A stretch of DNA of 64,000 bases from Eledone cirrhosa. Taxonomy: Eukaryota. Below are positions 13,745 to 27,310 of the stretch, piece by piece. The stretch's first letter is position 1, and the number at the start of each line of letters is the position of its first letter. A program made the position numbers and the translations under genes. The notes beneath the pieces were generated by a model. That model searched no databases, was not told the DNA's origin, and was given only the letters and a program-made list of their open reading frames with translations. The stretch spans positions 33,108,001 through 33,172,000 of the forward strand of contig OZ024744.1 in assembly GCA_964016885.1 (NCBI GenBank), written 5' to 3'.

Positions 13745-14318
13745 GTAAGTATGTATGTATACGTACATAAATATATGTATACAGACTTACAGTAGTATGT
13801 ATATATACATACATGCACACATATATATATGCACGTATCGGTTTACCGAACATTTATTATAATGCTCGGTTTGTTTGTAAACAACAAACAACCCGAATTA
13901 CGCCGTACAGTATTTAAGCAACCACGTCACCTGTTTGCTCAACACTGACAGAGGAACGATGTATTAGTTTCAAGCTTATTAGCTATCGTCAGCATCGTAT
14001 ACCTTTCTGTCAGATGGTTGAACAACTGAAAGTATATACTTTCTTTATGCATATTAACGGATGAGCACCCTAATTTGCATATCGAGTGAGTTAGTCGGCC
14101 GGGCGCACCGAAAACGATAAATGGAAAAGAATGAAACGAAATTTCATTTCTCACTCTTAGTACGGCTGATACTTAAATGTAAGTATGTATGTATGTATAC
14201 GTACATACATATATGTATACATACGTACAGTAGTATATATATACTACTGTATGTCTGTATACATATATGAATGTTCGTATACATACATACTTACATTTAA
14301 GTACCAGCCGTACTAAGA
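13745..14318 (-). mobile_element. Copy of the 507-bp HHR unit family with terminal inversion
   Basis: Homologous to 5186-5700. HHR at 13955-13998 (CTGACGA). 14240-14318 is inverted. Confidence 0.75.
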
Positions 14319-14406
14319 GCTATTTCTAGCGTTAACACATTATATTCCTTCCGATTGTGTTGTTACATTTTACACACACACACACACACTGACACACACG
14401 TACACA

Positions 14407-14481
<75 letters not shown>

Positions 14482-14790
14482 ACACACACGTACACACGTA
14501 CACACACACATATATATAGAGGTGAATGTACAAGCGCGTGGGTATGAAGGATGGGGTAAACGCGACGGTGGCAAGGGGGTCGAGAATTAAGCACGAACGT
14601 ATTTGTGTAATATTAATATATATAATTGTTTAGACAAGTTTATAACAAAACCATATAAGGCAAAGAATAATTCAAAGCTCAAATGGGATTTTATAGTCCA
14701 TATCAAGATAGGTAAAAGACAGTTCAGATTTTAATCCAATCAATTAACTTCCAATCACAGTAGTGTTACAATATATATTATATTGTTTAA

Positions 14791-14865
14791 TTGATTCTGA
14801 AGAAATCAATACAGAGAAATATGATGGAACATCTTGCTGTATTGATAGAAACGCTCGTAAATCAA
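14791..14865 (+). ncRNA. Type I hammerhead ribozyme with long stem II
   Basis: TTGATT-CTGAAGA-A-ATCAATACAG...CTGTATTGAT-A-GAAA-CGCTCG-TA-AATCAA. Confidence 0.85.
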
Positions 14866-14925
14866 GGAAATAATTTTATGTAATCTAATCCTGCTTATTA
14901 TATACTTATGTATTCTTTTCAGTTT

Positions 14926-15120
14926 TTAGGTTTTTCCGCGCCTTTCGGCGCTTCGTATTGATGGCAGCCAAGTGATGTTGGCTGCCATGAAGTCCTTTTG
15001 GAACATTCGTCGCCAGGTGATGCTGGGACAACCCCGCTTCAATTCGCCGCCAGGTGGAGACCAGGTCATCGCTGTTTTCGAGTGTTTTCGTTGCGCAGGC
15101 CCAGAATATGGCCAGCCAGG
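14926..15120 (-). mobile_element. RTE-like LINE 3' fragment
   Basis: LAGHILGL... and KTAMTWSPPGGELKRGCPSITWRRMFQKD in different frames (frameshifted). Confidence 0.6.
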
Positions 15121-15889
15121 CATGTGTGTATGTGTGTGTCTGTGATATACGTCCGTACGAAGCTAAGCCGATATTCGTATGTGTGTGTGAGTGTCTGTGT
15201 GTGTGAGTGTGTGTGTGTCAGTGAAAATGTGTGTGTGTGGGGGGGGGGGGGTCCATTATATGTGTAAGATCTAAACACAAATGCAAGCTACCTAATGCTT
15301 CAGCCAGCTTGGAACAAACTTTCTATGTCTGCTAGTATAGATATGTAATTGTATTATATTTCATTGGTTTTAACCATTAGACTGCTTCCATACCGGGGCT
15401 GCGCCTTGATTTAATCAATCCTATTGATTCCATTATTTATATTTTCGAATCTAGTATTTAATTTTGTCAATCCATTTTGTTGTTGTTGTTGTTGTTGCTA
15501 AGTGACGGTACGTCAATACCGAAAGACAGACTGACAGACACATGTACGTCTGTCGCCAGAGACTGCACGGTGAGACTGAAATCAGAGTTGTGTGGTTGTG
15601 AATTTAACAAAACAACCATGTTTCGGCCAATATGATTATGAGACGAATGGGACGGGGAAACTATGGTTGTGATAATTAATTAGCTCAGAGGTAAAGTTGT
15701 GATAAAGAGATATATTTTTTTATCGAAAACACGTCCAAAATGGCGTCAAATATTCTCATTCTACTTCTTTTCTCATGGATTATAGCTATAATGAAAGTCT
15801 TTCCAGCATTTCTACTATGATTCAGAGAGAGAGAGGGGGGGGGGAGAAATTGCAAAAATAACAAATACAAGGAAATAATCGCAGGACAG

Positions 15890-16340
15890 ATTTTACGAGG
15901 GAAGAGAATAAGTTACATATATTGAGAGAGAGGGAGAAAGTAGGATACATATATTGAGAGAGAGGTGAGAGAGTAAGATACATATATTGAGAGAGAGGTA
16001 AAAGTGTAAGTTACATATTTAGAGAGGGGTAAAAGAGTAAGTAGGGGGAAGAGAATAAGTTACATATATTGAGAGAGGGAGAGAGTAAGTTAGTTATATT
16101 GAGAGAGGATGAAAAGGATACGTTACATGTATTGAGAGAGGGGTAAGCGAGTAAGTTACATATATTGAGAGAGGGGTAAGCGAGTAAGTCACATATACTG
16201 AGAGGGAGGTAAGAGAGTAAGCTACATATATTGAGAGAGGAGGAGAGAATAAGTTACATATATTGAGAGAGGGGGGAAAGTAAGTTACATATATTTAGAG
16301 AGAGGGGTAAGAGAGTAAGTGATGTATAGAGTGAGGGAGA
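15890..16340. repeat. ~30-bp purine-rich minisatellite
   Basis: Unit approximately GAGAGAGGGGTAAGAGAGTAAGTTACATATATT. Confidence 0.85.
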
Positions 16341-16693
16341 GGCTAACTATTATTTATTGGAACAATTGTATATAACAGCTGGATATCCTGTAAACAACAA
16401 CTCAACTGTGATGTAACACCATCCGGCGTCTCTTTTGTTTGTTTACGTCATACTGAAACAATCAGAGCAGTCGACCATTTTATAAAATATTGTTACGTTC
16501 ACTATATACTGTTATTTTCTTATACTGACACTCTTTTTTATTGTTTTGCTTCTTTCATTTTGTAGATAGACTAAGGTCACGTTGGAGCACCCCCAGTTTT
16601 CAAGGCGTTTTTTAGTCGATTATTTTGTCTTATGGCGAATTGAGTTACTAAAATTCGGAACGTAATCAAACAGTAAACGTAAAAAACAGAGAC

Positions 16694-16798
<105 letters not shown>

Positions 16799-17238
16799 CA
16801 TATACATGGCGGACTGGGTCTAAAAATATTGGTTGCCAGGAAATAAAGGGGCCCACCCATATATAGAATGCTATCATTTAATTTTTATAATGAATAAATA
16901 AAAAAATTTTTTAAATACATAATTGATAACAAAACAGTGCAATCAAATATTTGCGGAAAAAATGTGTATTTGTTTTACTAATTATAATGTATATATACTT
17001 TACATATTAGTGGCAGTATATAGTAATACTAAATGTTAATATAGAATGTTATAATTGAATTTTAAATAATTCTGAAAGTATAGTATACTGTTATTTAGAG
17101 TAGAGTGTGCAAGTGACCGTTCTTACCTTCTCCAATAAAAAATATAAAGTACCTTGCGAAATATTCACATCCAGAGACTTTCAATATTGACCTTTGGTCT
17201 TTCACACTCACTCAATACATATCTGGGAGTGCGTGTAT

Positions 17239-17853
17239 GTTCAGTTATACTATACGGCTCGGAAAAACCTCTTTCCTAGAGCTAATTTACTGTAATGAGA
17301 CTATTTTGAGTTTCTAACTCAATACATGCTTTTGATATATTCGGCTACGTTAATCGGTCGAGCTAATTCAAATGTCGAGTAAACCCGGCTGCTATTTTTA
17401 GTGGCGTGAGTCTGCGAGACACGCTAAGTTCGGGAATCATGTGCGTTACATATACACACACTATCCAGTTTCTTATTATATTTAGAAGTGACCAGGATAC
17501 TAATAATTCTTCACCCGCTGATGAGCTAGGATTTTGGTATTCCTCTTCACAAATAATATTGCGAAACAGTACTATCAAAACTGTCCGGGTGATCGGTAGT
17601 TACCACAATTCTGGTTTGTATTTATTTTTCTTGATTTATTCTTAAATTGAGTCTAGCAAACCCTCTTGTCTGTAGTTAGTATTCTTTTCACCTTAGCTAT
17701 TCTGGTCCATTACGATTTGAACACATACATGTATATGTCTGTGTTCGTTTTTCTTTTTTGTTCAGTTATACTATACAGCTTGGAAAAACCTCTTTTCTAG
17801 AGCTAATTTACTGCAATGAGACTATTTTGACTTTCTAACTCAATACATGCCTT

Positions 17854-17860
<7 letters not shown>
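17239..17860 (+). mobile_element. ORF-less ~521-bp unit with ~100-bp terminal direct repeat and full hammerhead
   Basis: 17239-17340 is repeated at 17760-17860 and ends in (TA)n. Confidence 0.7.
17513..17590 (+). ncRNA. Type I hammerhead ribozyme with full stem III
   Basis: ACCCG-CTGATGA-GC...GC-GAAA-CAGT ACTATCAAA ACTG-TC-CGGGT; GUC cleavage triplet. Confidence 0.9.
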
Positions 17861-17884
<24 letters not shown>

Positions 17885-17888
<4 letters not shown>

Positions 17889-18390
17889 TACTTGGGGAGG
17901 GTCATATTTGTGTAATATTGCCAGAATTAATAACAGAACACACTCACTGTTTGGTTGATTTTCGCTTTTCGCTTCTGTGTCTTTTATATCGGTAATCTAA
18001 TTTATTCGGTCCTCAATGTTGCCATTGAGTGACCGACGGTCAAAAATAATACAGATACAATATAGACACAAACACATATATATAGTTTATCATAAATCTT
18101 TCGTTGTACATCTGTAACATCGTCAGTGGTGCTATTGTTTCCTCCCGTTGCATTGTATGTCTACGCCATTTTTATTTAGTCTGTCTATATATTTATTTAT
18201 TTATTTGGTTGTTTGTTTATTTTATTTTGTCTTCTTTGTGCATGCGTTTGCGTGTGTGTATAGTGTTTTGTTTGATGTGTGTTCGTGATTGGGTGACTAG
18301 TGTGTGATTATATGTGTTTGTTGTTATTGTGCTTGTGTATGTATTTATTTATTTATTTATCTATTTATTTATTTATACTTCTCTTAGGTC
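17885..18390 (-). mobile_element. 3' pLTR fragment of the 20-26 kb Penelope family
   Basis: Matches 20213-20762; HHR-like motif at ~18088-18131. Confidence 0.8.
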
Positions 18391-18572
<182 letters not shown>

Positions 18573-18728
18573 GGTAAACAGAAATGACAAAACCACAATC
18601 GGTACAGTATATGGAAAGTATATATTAGGTTAACGCTTGATACAGCAGGAAGAGGGTCTTAACGTTAGTCCTTCATCAGAAGAAAGAATGAGAAATAAAA
18701 TAGATTAAGGGAACGGGCTATATATATA

Positions 18729-18782
<54 letters not shown>

Positions 18783-18924
18783 AAATATATCTGTGACACA
18801 CGAGCTGTGATATATTAGTAAAAGGAAAAGAAAATGCTGACAAATTTTTCCCAGTGAAAAATAGTTTAATTAGGAATAAGTATAAATTAGTAATAAGTAT
18901 TGGTTATTATTCAGTTTTAGTTTT

Positions 18925-19200
18925 AAGTTTTTACCGGTTGCGCATTTCTAATGCTTTTCAAAAATAATTTTGAGATAGAGTACTCGTGATGTTTGAAAAA
19001 CTACAAACCCTCCATCTCAACTCTACTTTTGAAAAGCAGAAGAATTGCGAAACCGGTAAAGGAACCAAATAAATATATATATTTTTAAAAAATAAGACTC
19101 TAGTTGCATTTTCGATTTCATCTTTTTTCCTTTATACTTTCACTCGTGTAGGACACCACGGTTATTTTTCATTTTGTAAAAAAAAAACTCTCTTTCTAAT
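18925..19200 (+). mobile_element. Fold-back PLE-type insertion with U3-A8 hammerhead variant
   Basis: Imperfect inverted repeat 18930-18975 / 19015-19060. Motif TTGAAAA-GCAG AAGAA TTGC-GAAA-CCGG-TA. Confidence 0.55.
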
Positions 19201-19221
19201 ACATATATTTATCTCTATATA

Positions 19222-19253
<32 letters not shown>

Positions 19254-19267
19254 GTATATATATATAT

Positions 19268-19903
19268 AAACGGAAAAATGAAACGAAATTTCATTTCCCA
19301 CTCTTAGTACGGCTGTTACTTAAATATAAGTATGTACACGTACATACATATATGTATACAGACGTACAATAGTATGTATATATATATACATACATGCACA
19401 CATATATATATATATGTACGTATGGATTCACCGAACATTTATTATAATGCTCGGTGTGTTTGTAAACAAACATCCCGTATTAAGCCGTAGTGTCCAGCAA
19501 CCATCGTTGCTCGTTTGAAGAGTGGGAAATGAAATTTCGTTTCATTTTTTCCGTTTATCGTTTTCGGTGCACCCGGCCGATTAACCCACTCGATATGCAA
19601 ATTGGGCTACTCAGTCGTTAATATGCATAAGGTAAGTATATATGTTCAAGAATCTGGCAGGAAGGTATACGTTGCTGACGATAGCTAATTAGCTTGAAAC
19701 TAGTACAGCGTTCCTTTGTCAGTGTTGAACAAACGAGCAACGATGGTTGCTGGACACTACAGCTTAATACGGGATGTTTGTTTACAAACACACCGAGCAT
19801 TATAATAAATGTTCGGTGAATCCATACGTACATATATATGTGTGTGCATGTATATATATATATATACATACTACTGTACGTCTGCATACATATATGTATG
19901 TAC

Positions 19904-19910
<7 letters not shown>
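19268..19910. mobile_element. Copy of the 507-bp HHR unit family as two opposed partial units
   Basis: Inversion junction near 19517. HHR CTGACGA-TAGCT AATT AGCTT-GAAA-CTAG-TA at 19668-19712 (+). Confidence 0.75.
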
Positions 19911-19947
<37 letters not shown>

Positions 19948-19951
<4 letters not shown>

Positions 19952-20150
19952 CAAAGGAATTGTGGTAAGGAACCAGATGGACCATAACGCACCAGAGTAT
20001 TCAATACTTAGGGTAGTAGAGTGGGAAATAGGAAAAAGTATCACCCCGACGGCAGAGCTTAAGCCGTTTCGACGGCTATTTCTGGAAATAGTCCAGAAAT
20101 AGCCGTCGAAACGGCTTGAGCTCTACCGTCGAGGTCATACTTTTTCCTAT
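19948..20150 (-). mobile_element. Fold-back insertion, same family as 63231-63708
   Basis: Hairpin at ~20028-20150 containing GAAA-CGGCTTGAGCTC. The tail matches 63628-63708. Confidence 0.65.
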
Positions 20151-20744
20151 ATATATATATATATATATAGTTTTGCGAGGTTTTTTATATGAAATCGTGT
20201 GTCGAAACAGATATTGTTATATTTGGGGAGGGTCATATTTGCGTAATATTGCCAGAATTAATAACAGAACACACTCACTGTTTGGTTGGTTTTCGCTTCT
20301 CGCTGTCTTTTATATATATATATCTGCGATCTAACTTACTCGGTCCTCAATGTTGCCATTGACTGACCGGCGGTCAAAAATAATACAGATACAATATAGA
20401 CAAACACATATATATATAGTTTACATAATTTACATAAATCTTTCGTTGCACATCTGCAACATCGTCAGTGGTGTTATATTCATTGTTCCTCCTGTTGTGT
20501 TGTATGTCTACGCCATTTTTTTTTTTTTGTTCAGTCTGTCTATATATTTATTTATTTATTTGCTTGTTTGTTTATCTTATTTTATTTTGTCTTCTTTGCG
20601 CGTGCGTTTGCGTGTGTGTATAGTGTTATGTGTGATGTGTGACTAGTGTGTATAGTGTTGTGTCTGCTGGGTGACTAGTGTGTGTTTATGTGCTTGTGTA
20701 TGTATTTATTTATCTTATTTATTTAATTTAATTTACTTATTTAT

Positions 20745-23356
20745 TTATACTTCTCTTAGGTCAGTGTTGTTTGTTTGGGTGTTGTTGTTGTTCCACTCAT
20801 TCTTTCTGTTTAGCTTTGGTCTTCTAATTTCTATTTCACTGGCCTCTCTGATTTGCCTATCTGCTGGGTCATTCCTATGTTTAGATATTATTCTAATTTC
20901 TATGTTGTCTATGTTACCGTCATGTTGTTGTCTAGCATGTTCGTATAGTACTGACCCGTTTTTTCGTCCTTTTAGTTCCCCCCAGTGTTGGTCTATCCTT
21001 TCACCTATGCTACGAGCTGTCTCACCTATGTATGTTGTTGTCGTGTTTCTGCAAGTACCCTCTGTACATCTTATGCTATAGACTACGTTTCTAGTTTTAC
21101 AGTTTATCCGGGGGTTCACCTTACATATGATACATTTCCTATTGGTACAGTGGGTTTTCTTAAAAGGGTAGGTTTTGCTGATCAGGGATTTTATGGTGGT
21201 TCCTGGCTTTTCTACCACCTTTATTTTTAAGTGGGTCTTTCTCAGGGCCTTTCTACACTGGTTAGCTAATTTCCCTCCAGGGGTGGCGTCCACAAACATG
21301 ACACTCTGATATCTCTGGTTGTCGTACCATGATGTGGCCTTCCCTATCTTATGTCTAGCCCTATCTAAGCTATTCCATGATTTGCTCCTGTATAGTGGGC
21401 AAATTCCTTTCATGTCCAGTTCTATGAGGGTCTTATACTTTTCCATGGCTCCTTCGTATACTCTGACTCTGTCTCTTTGGTTGTAGCCAGAGAACTGCAT
21501 GCGGTTGATGAAGTGTTGGATGTGTCCTTCCATTTCTGTTGGGTCGCACATGCTGGACACATTCTTCATCACTCGTACCAAATCTGCGATCAGAATATTA
21601 AACTTAGCACTACTCTGACATTGCTGAGTTTTTGAGTATCAGGTATTTGGAGGCCATGGGTTTAGCATAGTGTGAGTGGAGAATTTGGGCTCTCTCGTCT
21701 ATAGTGTTAATCCAGAGTTCTGTGTCTAATACAGGTAGTGTATTGTTAGGGTGTTTGGAAGGGAAGTCTATAGTTACAGTTATACTCTGGTGTATGGAAT
21801 TAGCTATCTGCTGGATGCTTTCCATCGTGCTACGTTCTAAATCAAACTTGTTAGTGCTCTCTAGTGGGGGTGTTCTTATAGCTATATTGATATCGTCTAC
21901 ATAACGAGAGTACATGATGAGGTCTATGGAGCTTTCATTAAGGAGATCTTTAAGTCTCCTTTCCCACCATACCATGAAAAGGTTGGCAACATCACCAGCT
22001 ATGCTGACGCCGATGGCTGCTCCCTCATTTTGGGTGTAGATTTTCTCATTGAACTTAAATATGTGGCCCTTTAGGGTAGTTTTGATACTAGCCCCTTATT
22101 GCATGTGCGACCATTTTTCTTACCTGATCAGTGTTTTGGGGGGTCCGTATAGCTTTGGTCCACCCAATCCACCTTCCTATGGGAGTCTTTTTAGCCATTG
22201 AGGTTATGATGGGGGGTCTACCTCTTATAGGTCTACTAGGGCAGAAACATCTAAGGTCATGGCTGTCTAGGTAGTCAGTGTCGTAGGTAAGTCTAAGTAG
22301 GAGGCCCAGTTCGTCTGTGTCGACGTCGCAGAACTCCACCTCACTCTCAATGATCATCTCCACACATCTTTTCACAGCAAAATCAATGTTAATGGATGGG
22401 TACAGTGACACCACATCCATGCTGCCTATTATGCAGTTGGATAGGCTCCTGTTTTTGTTGCACTCACTGATTCTGCTGAGGAGGTCCTCTGTACTTTCAC
22501 ATACATCTGGGGACATCTTGATTATGGGGCGTATAACCATTGAGAGGAAGTAGGAGATCCTGTAGTTGCTAGCTATATTAGCTCCGCATACGGGTCTTGT
22601 TGGTGGTCCTGTTGTCGGGTCGTCGACTGTCTTGTGGTCTTTGCGGAGCCCATACAAGGGTGGTATGCCATTGTTAGACGCCTGGAAGTTGTTGGCAGTG
22701 CGTCTGCTTGGCTTTAGGATGTCAGTCCACATCATCATGTGAGCGTTGAGGATTTTTTCTCTCCCATCGTGTGTTAGTTGTGCAACTTCGCTCGTGTTGG
22801 TGATGTGGGGTTGCATTGCCTCGATGTAGTTCGGCATGCTATCTATTGACATCCTACCAGACTTATCTGTGGGTAGACACACTACCTCACCATCCCTTGT
22901 GCGCTGCTTGAGGCTAACCAAGCCTTCTACAGGTTTTATCCCAAGTTGTTGGGCCTCTGGTCTGCTCTGTCTCATAGTGTACCTGTCTACTACTTGTCTA
23001 ATCTTATTTCTAGCTATGGTGAACTGTGCCTCCGTCTCGTCATCTATTTGCTGTGGTATGCAAACTCTTTTATTAAAGGGTAACCTCGTAGGATAGATAT
23101 TACCCATCTTATATGTTTTGTCAGCTGGGTTGAAAAATAGTTTCTCTAAGGGGTTGTCGTTATTTCTATCGTCATAGTTGTGTGTGTTGCTATTATTGTT
23201 ATCATGGTGGTTGTTGTTGTTTCTATCATTAGCATTAATATTATTATTGTTATGATTGCTAGATGTATTGTTGTTTACTTCACCGTTATTGTTGTTGTTG
23301 TTACTGCTATTTCTACCATTGTGGTTGTTACTATTATTATGTTTCTTGTTTTTGTT
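20745..23356 (-). pseudogene. PLE RT-GIY-YIG ORF, 5'-truncated, two frameshifts
   Basis: Mirror of the plus copy, extending 99 bp further into the Asn-rich N-terminal region. Confidence 0.9.
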
Positions 23357-25869
23357 AATCATAACAATAATAATATTAATGCTAATGATAGAAACAACAA
23401 CAACCACCATGATAACAATAATAGCAACACACACAACTATGACGATAGAAATAACGACAACCCCTTAGAGAAACTATTTTTCAACCCAGCTGACAAAACA
23501 TATAAGATGGGTAATATCTATCCTACGAGGTTACCCTTTAATAAAAGAGTTTGCATACCACAGCAAATAGATGACGAGACGGAGGCACAGTTCACCATAG
23601 CTAGAAATAAGATTAGACAAGTAGTAGACAGGTACACTATGAGACAGAGCAGACCAGAGGCCCAACAACTTGGGATAAAACCTGTAGAAGGCTTGGTTAG
23701 CCTCAAGCAGCGCACAAGGGATGGTGAGGTAGTGTGTCTACCCACAGATAAGTCTGGTAGGATGTCAATAGATAGCATGCCGAACTACATCGAGGCAATG
23801 CAACCCCACATCACCAACACGAGCGAAGTTGCACAACTAACACACGATGGGAGAGAAAAAATCCTCAACGCTCACATGATGATGTGGACTGACATCCTAA
23901 AGCCAAGCAGACGCACTGCCAACAACTTCCAGGCGTCTAACAATGGCATACCACCCTTGTATGGGCTCCGCAAAGACCACAAGACAGTCGACGACCCGAC
24001 AACAGGACCACCAACAAGACCCGTATGCGGAGCTAATATAGCTAGCAACTACAGGATCTCCTACTTCCTCTCAATGGTTATACGCCCCATAATCAAGATG
24101 TCCCCAGATGTATGTGAAAGTACAGAGGACCTCCTCAGCAGAATCAGTGAGTGCAACAAAAACAGGAGCCTATCCAACTGCATAATAGGCAGCATGGATG
24201 TGGTGTCACTGTACCCATCCATTAACATTGATTTTGCTGTGAAAAGATGTGTGGAGATGATCATTGAGAGTGAGGTGGAGTTCTGCGACGTCGACACAGA
24301 CGAACTGGGCCTCCTACTTAGACTTACCTACGACACTGACTACCTAGACAGCCATGACCTTAGATGTTTCTGCCCTAGTAGACCTATAAGAGGTAGACCC
24401 CCCACCATAACCTCAATGGCTAAAAAGACTCCCATAGGAAGGTGGATTGGGTGGACCAAAGCTATACGGACCCCCCAAAACACTGATCAGGTAAGAAAAA
24501 TGGTCGCACATGCAATAAGGGGCTAGTATCAAAACTACCCTAAAGGGCCACATATTTAAGTTCAATGAGAAAATCTACACCCAAAATGAGGGAGCAGCCA
24601 TCGGCGTCAGCATAGCTGGTGATGTTGCCAACCTTTTCATGGTATGGTGGGAAAGGAGACTTAAAGATCTCCTTAATGAAAGCTCCATAGACCTCATCAT
24701 GTACTCTCGTTATGTAGACGATATCAATATAGCTATAAGAACACCCCCACTAGAGAGCACTAACAAGTTTGATTTAGAACGTAGCACGATGGAAAGCATC
24801 CAGCAGATAGCTAATTCCATACACCAGAGTATAACTGTAACTATAGACTTCCCTTCCAAACACCCTAACAATAGACTACCTGTATTAGACACAGAACTCT
24901 GGATTAACACTATAGACGAGAGAGCCCAAATTCTCCACTCACACTATGCTAAACCCATGGCCTCCAAATACCTGATACTCAAAAACTCAGCAATGTCAGA
25001 GTAGTGCTAAGTTTAATATTCTGATCGCAGATTTGGTACGAGTGATGAAGAATGTGTCCAGCATGTGCGACCCAACAGAAATGGAAGGACACATCCAACA
25101 CTTCATCAACCGCATGCAGTTCTCTGGCTACAACCAAAGAGACAGAGTCAGAGTATACGAAGGAGCCATGGAAAAGTATAAGACCCTCATAGAACTGGAC
25201 ATGAAAGGAATTTGCCCACTATACAGGAGCAAATCATGGAATAGCTTAGATAGGGCTAGACATAAGATAGGGAAGGCCACATCATGGTACGACAACCAGA
25301 GATATCAGAGTGTCATGTTTGTGGACGCCACCCCTGGAGGGAAATTAGCTAACCAGTGTAGAAAGGCCCTGAGAAAGACCCACTTAAAAATAAAGGTGGT
25401 AGAAAAGCCAGGAACCACCATAAAATCCCTGATCAGCAAAACCTACCCTTTTAAGAAAACCCACTGTACCAATAGGAAATGTATCATATGTAAGGTGAAC
25501 CCCCGGATAAACTGTAAAACTAGAAACGTAGTCTATAGCATAAGATGTACAGAGGGTACTTGCAGAAACACGACAACAACATACATAGGTGAGACAGCTC
25601 GTAGCATAGGTGAAAGGATAGACCAACACTGGGGGGAACTAAAAGGACGAAAAAACGGGTCAGTACTTTACGAACATGCTAGACAACAACATGACGGTAA
25701 CATAGACAACATAGAAATTAGAATAATATCTAAACATAGGAATGACCCAGCAGATAGGCAAATCAGAGAGGCCAGTGAAATAGAAATTAGAAGACCAAAG
25801 CTAAACAGAAAGAATGAGTGGAACAACAACAACACCCAAACAAACAACACTGACCTAAGAGAAGTATAA
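23357..25869 (+). pseudogene. PLE RT-GIY-YIG ORF, 5'-truncated, two frameshifts
   Basis: RT motifs LYGLRKDHK, RPVCGA, SMDVVSLYPSI, QNEGAAIG, YSRYVDD, LPVLD. Cys linker CTNRKCIIC. Endonuclease NVVYSIRC...YIGETARS...RQIREA...LNRKNEW. Frameshifts at ~24520 and ~25002. Confidence 0.9.
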
Positions 25870-26137
25870 ATAAATAAGTAAATTAAATTAAATAAATAAG
25901 ATAAATAAATACATACACAAGCACATAAACACACACTAGTCACCCAGCAGACACAACACTATACACACTAGTCACACATCACACATAACACTATACACAC
26001 ACGCAAACGCATGCGCAAAGAAGACAAAATAAAATAAGATAAACAAACAAGCAAATAAATAAATAAATATATAGACAGACTGAACAAAAAAAAAATGGCG
26101 TAGACATACAACACAACAGGAGGAACAATGAATATAA

Positions 26138-26181
26138 CACCACTGACGATGTTGCAGATGTGCAACGAAAGATTTATGTAA
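26138..26181 (+). ncRNA. Minimal hammerhead in the Penelope pLTR (mirror at ~20430-20473)
   Basis: CTGACGA-T-GTTGCA GATG TGCAAC-GAAA-GATT-TA. Stem I is weak in this copy. Confidence 0.65.
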
Positions 26182-26392
26182 ATTATGTAAACTATATATA
26201 TATGTGTTTGTCTATATTGTATCTGTATTATTTTTGACCGCCGGTCAGTCAATGGCAACATTGAGGACCGAGTAAGTTAGATCGCAGATATATATATATA
26301 AAAGACAGCGAGAAGCGAAAACCAACCAAACAGTGAGTGTGTTCTGTTATTAATTCTGGCAATATTACGCAAATATGACCCTCCCCAAATAT

Positions 26393-26490
<98 letters not shown>

Positions 26491-26930
26491 ATTTTTGGCA
26501 TATAGTTGATTAGTTTAAGAGAAGTTCGAAGATAATTGTAAGATATGCACTCAGTATTTTGAATCTGTCTACAGAATTCTCTAAACCTTTGTCACTTAGT
26601 AGAACCTTAATGATTTTAGCTTTTAAAGAATCTCCCTTTTCTTTAATTCTATCGACTATGACTGACCCCCCACTGATCTTATAGACATCTGTTAGCTTAA
26701 GAGAAACTTAATGACAAGGAATGGTATGCCATCCGGAACCTGTTTATAGAATTCTGTCTGCCCTTGTTACTCTAAAAACATAAATAAATAAAAATAAACT
26801 ATAGCTTTGTAGAATTAGCTTTTAATGAATTCCCTTTTCTATCAACCAATGACCTACACCCATCCCACTCCCCACCCTCTCCTACCACTTGTAGAGACCT
26901 ATAAATACCATTTTTATTTTTTGATACCCA

Positions 26931-26979
26931 GATTCCTGATGATTTCTAAAGAATGAAACAGTTCTAGTCCTGTAGAATC
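26931..26979 (+). ncRNA. Type I hammerhead ribozyme within a PLE-type 3' fragment (~26486-27125)
   Basis: GATTC-CTGATGA-TTTC TAAA GAAT-GAAA-CAG TTCTAGTC CTG-TA-GAATC. Confidence 0.85.
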
Positions 26980-27137
26980 TCATCTATATTAAAACTATAT
27001 ATATATTTTAGCCTTAATCGATACATATAAAACAAATATTGATTATGCTTCTCATTAAAAAAAGCACTATGAACATCTGAGCATCTTCGAGTATGTATAT
27101 TTATTTACATATATATACATTTAAACTATGCATCACA

Positions 27138-27310
27138 GGCGGTGAATTGACAGAGTCATTAAGACGTCGGATAGAATTGCTTCACGGTATCCATCCCACC
27201 TCATTGCGCGTTCTGAGTTCAAATCCCGCTGGGGTCAACTTTGCCTTTCATCCTTTCGAGGTGGATAAACTAAGTACCAGTCCAGTACGGGGATCGATTC
27301 TTCCTTTATA
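27138..27310 (+). mobile_element. tRNA-derived SINE (Meta/MESC-like)
   Basis: A-box-like GGCGGTGAATTGACAGAG, B-box GAGTTCAAATCCC, then GCCTTTCATCCTTTCGAGG. Confidence 0.75.

Larger units (their letters stand above)
20170..26400. mobile_element. Penelope-like retroelement (Naiad-like) as head-to-head inverted pair
   Basis: Arms ~20211-23257 and 23357-26400 are reverse complements with a 99-bp spacer. Contains RT and GIY-YIG motifs and a pLTR with HHR; (TA)n flanks. Confidence 0.92.

Noticed and set aside
16806-16860. hAT-like terminus (CATGGCGGACTGGG...GGGGCCC)
   Set aside because: No matching second TIR was found in the window.
23180-23356. Hydrophobic signal/TM-like N-terminus on the 448-aa RT ORFs
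   Set aside because: It is an artefact of reading through the palindrome centre into antisense (AAC/AAT)n codons.
24515-25035. Possible selenocysteine or programmed readthrough in the Naiad-like ORF
   Set aside because: The breaks are frame changes ending in TAG, not in-frame TGA, and no slippery heptamer is evident. Simple indels are the better explanation.
27138-27230. tRNA genes at B-box-containing sites
   Set aside because: There is no cloverleaf, and each continues into a SINE body.
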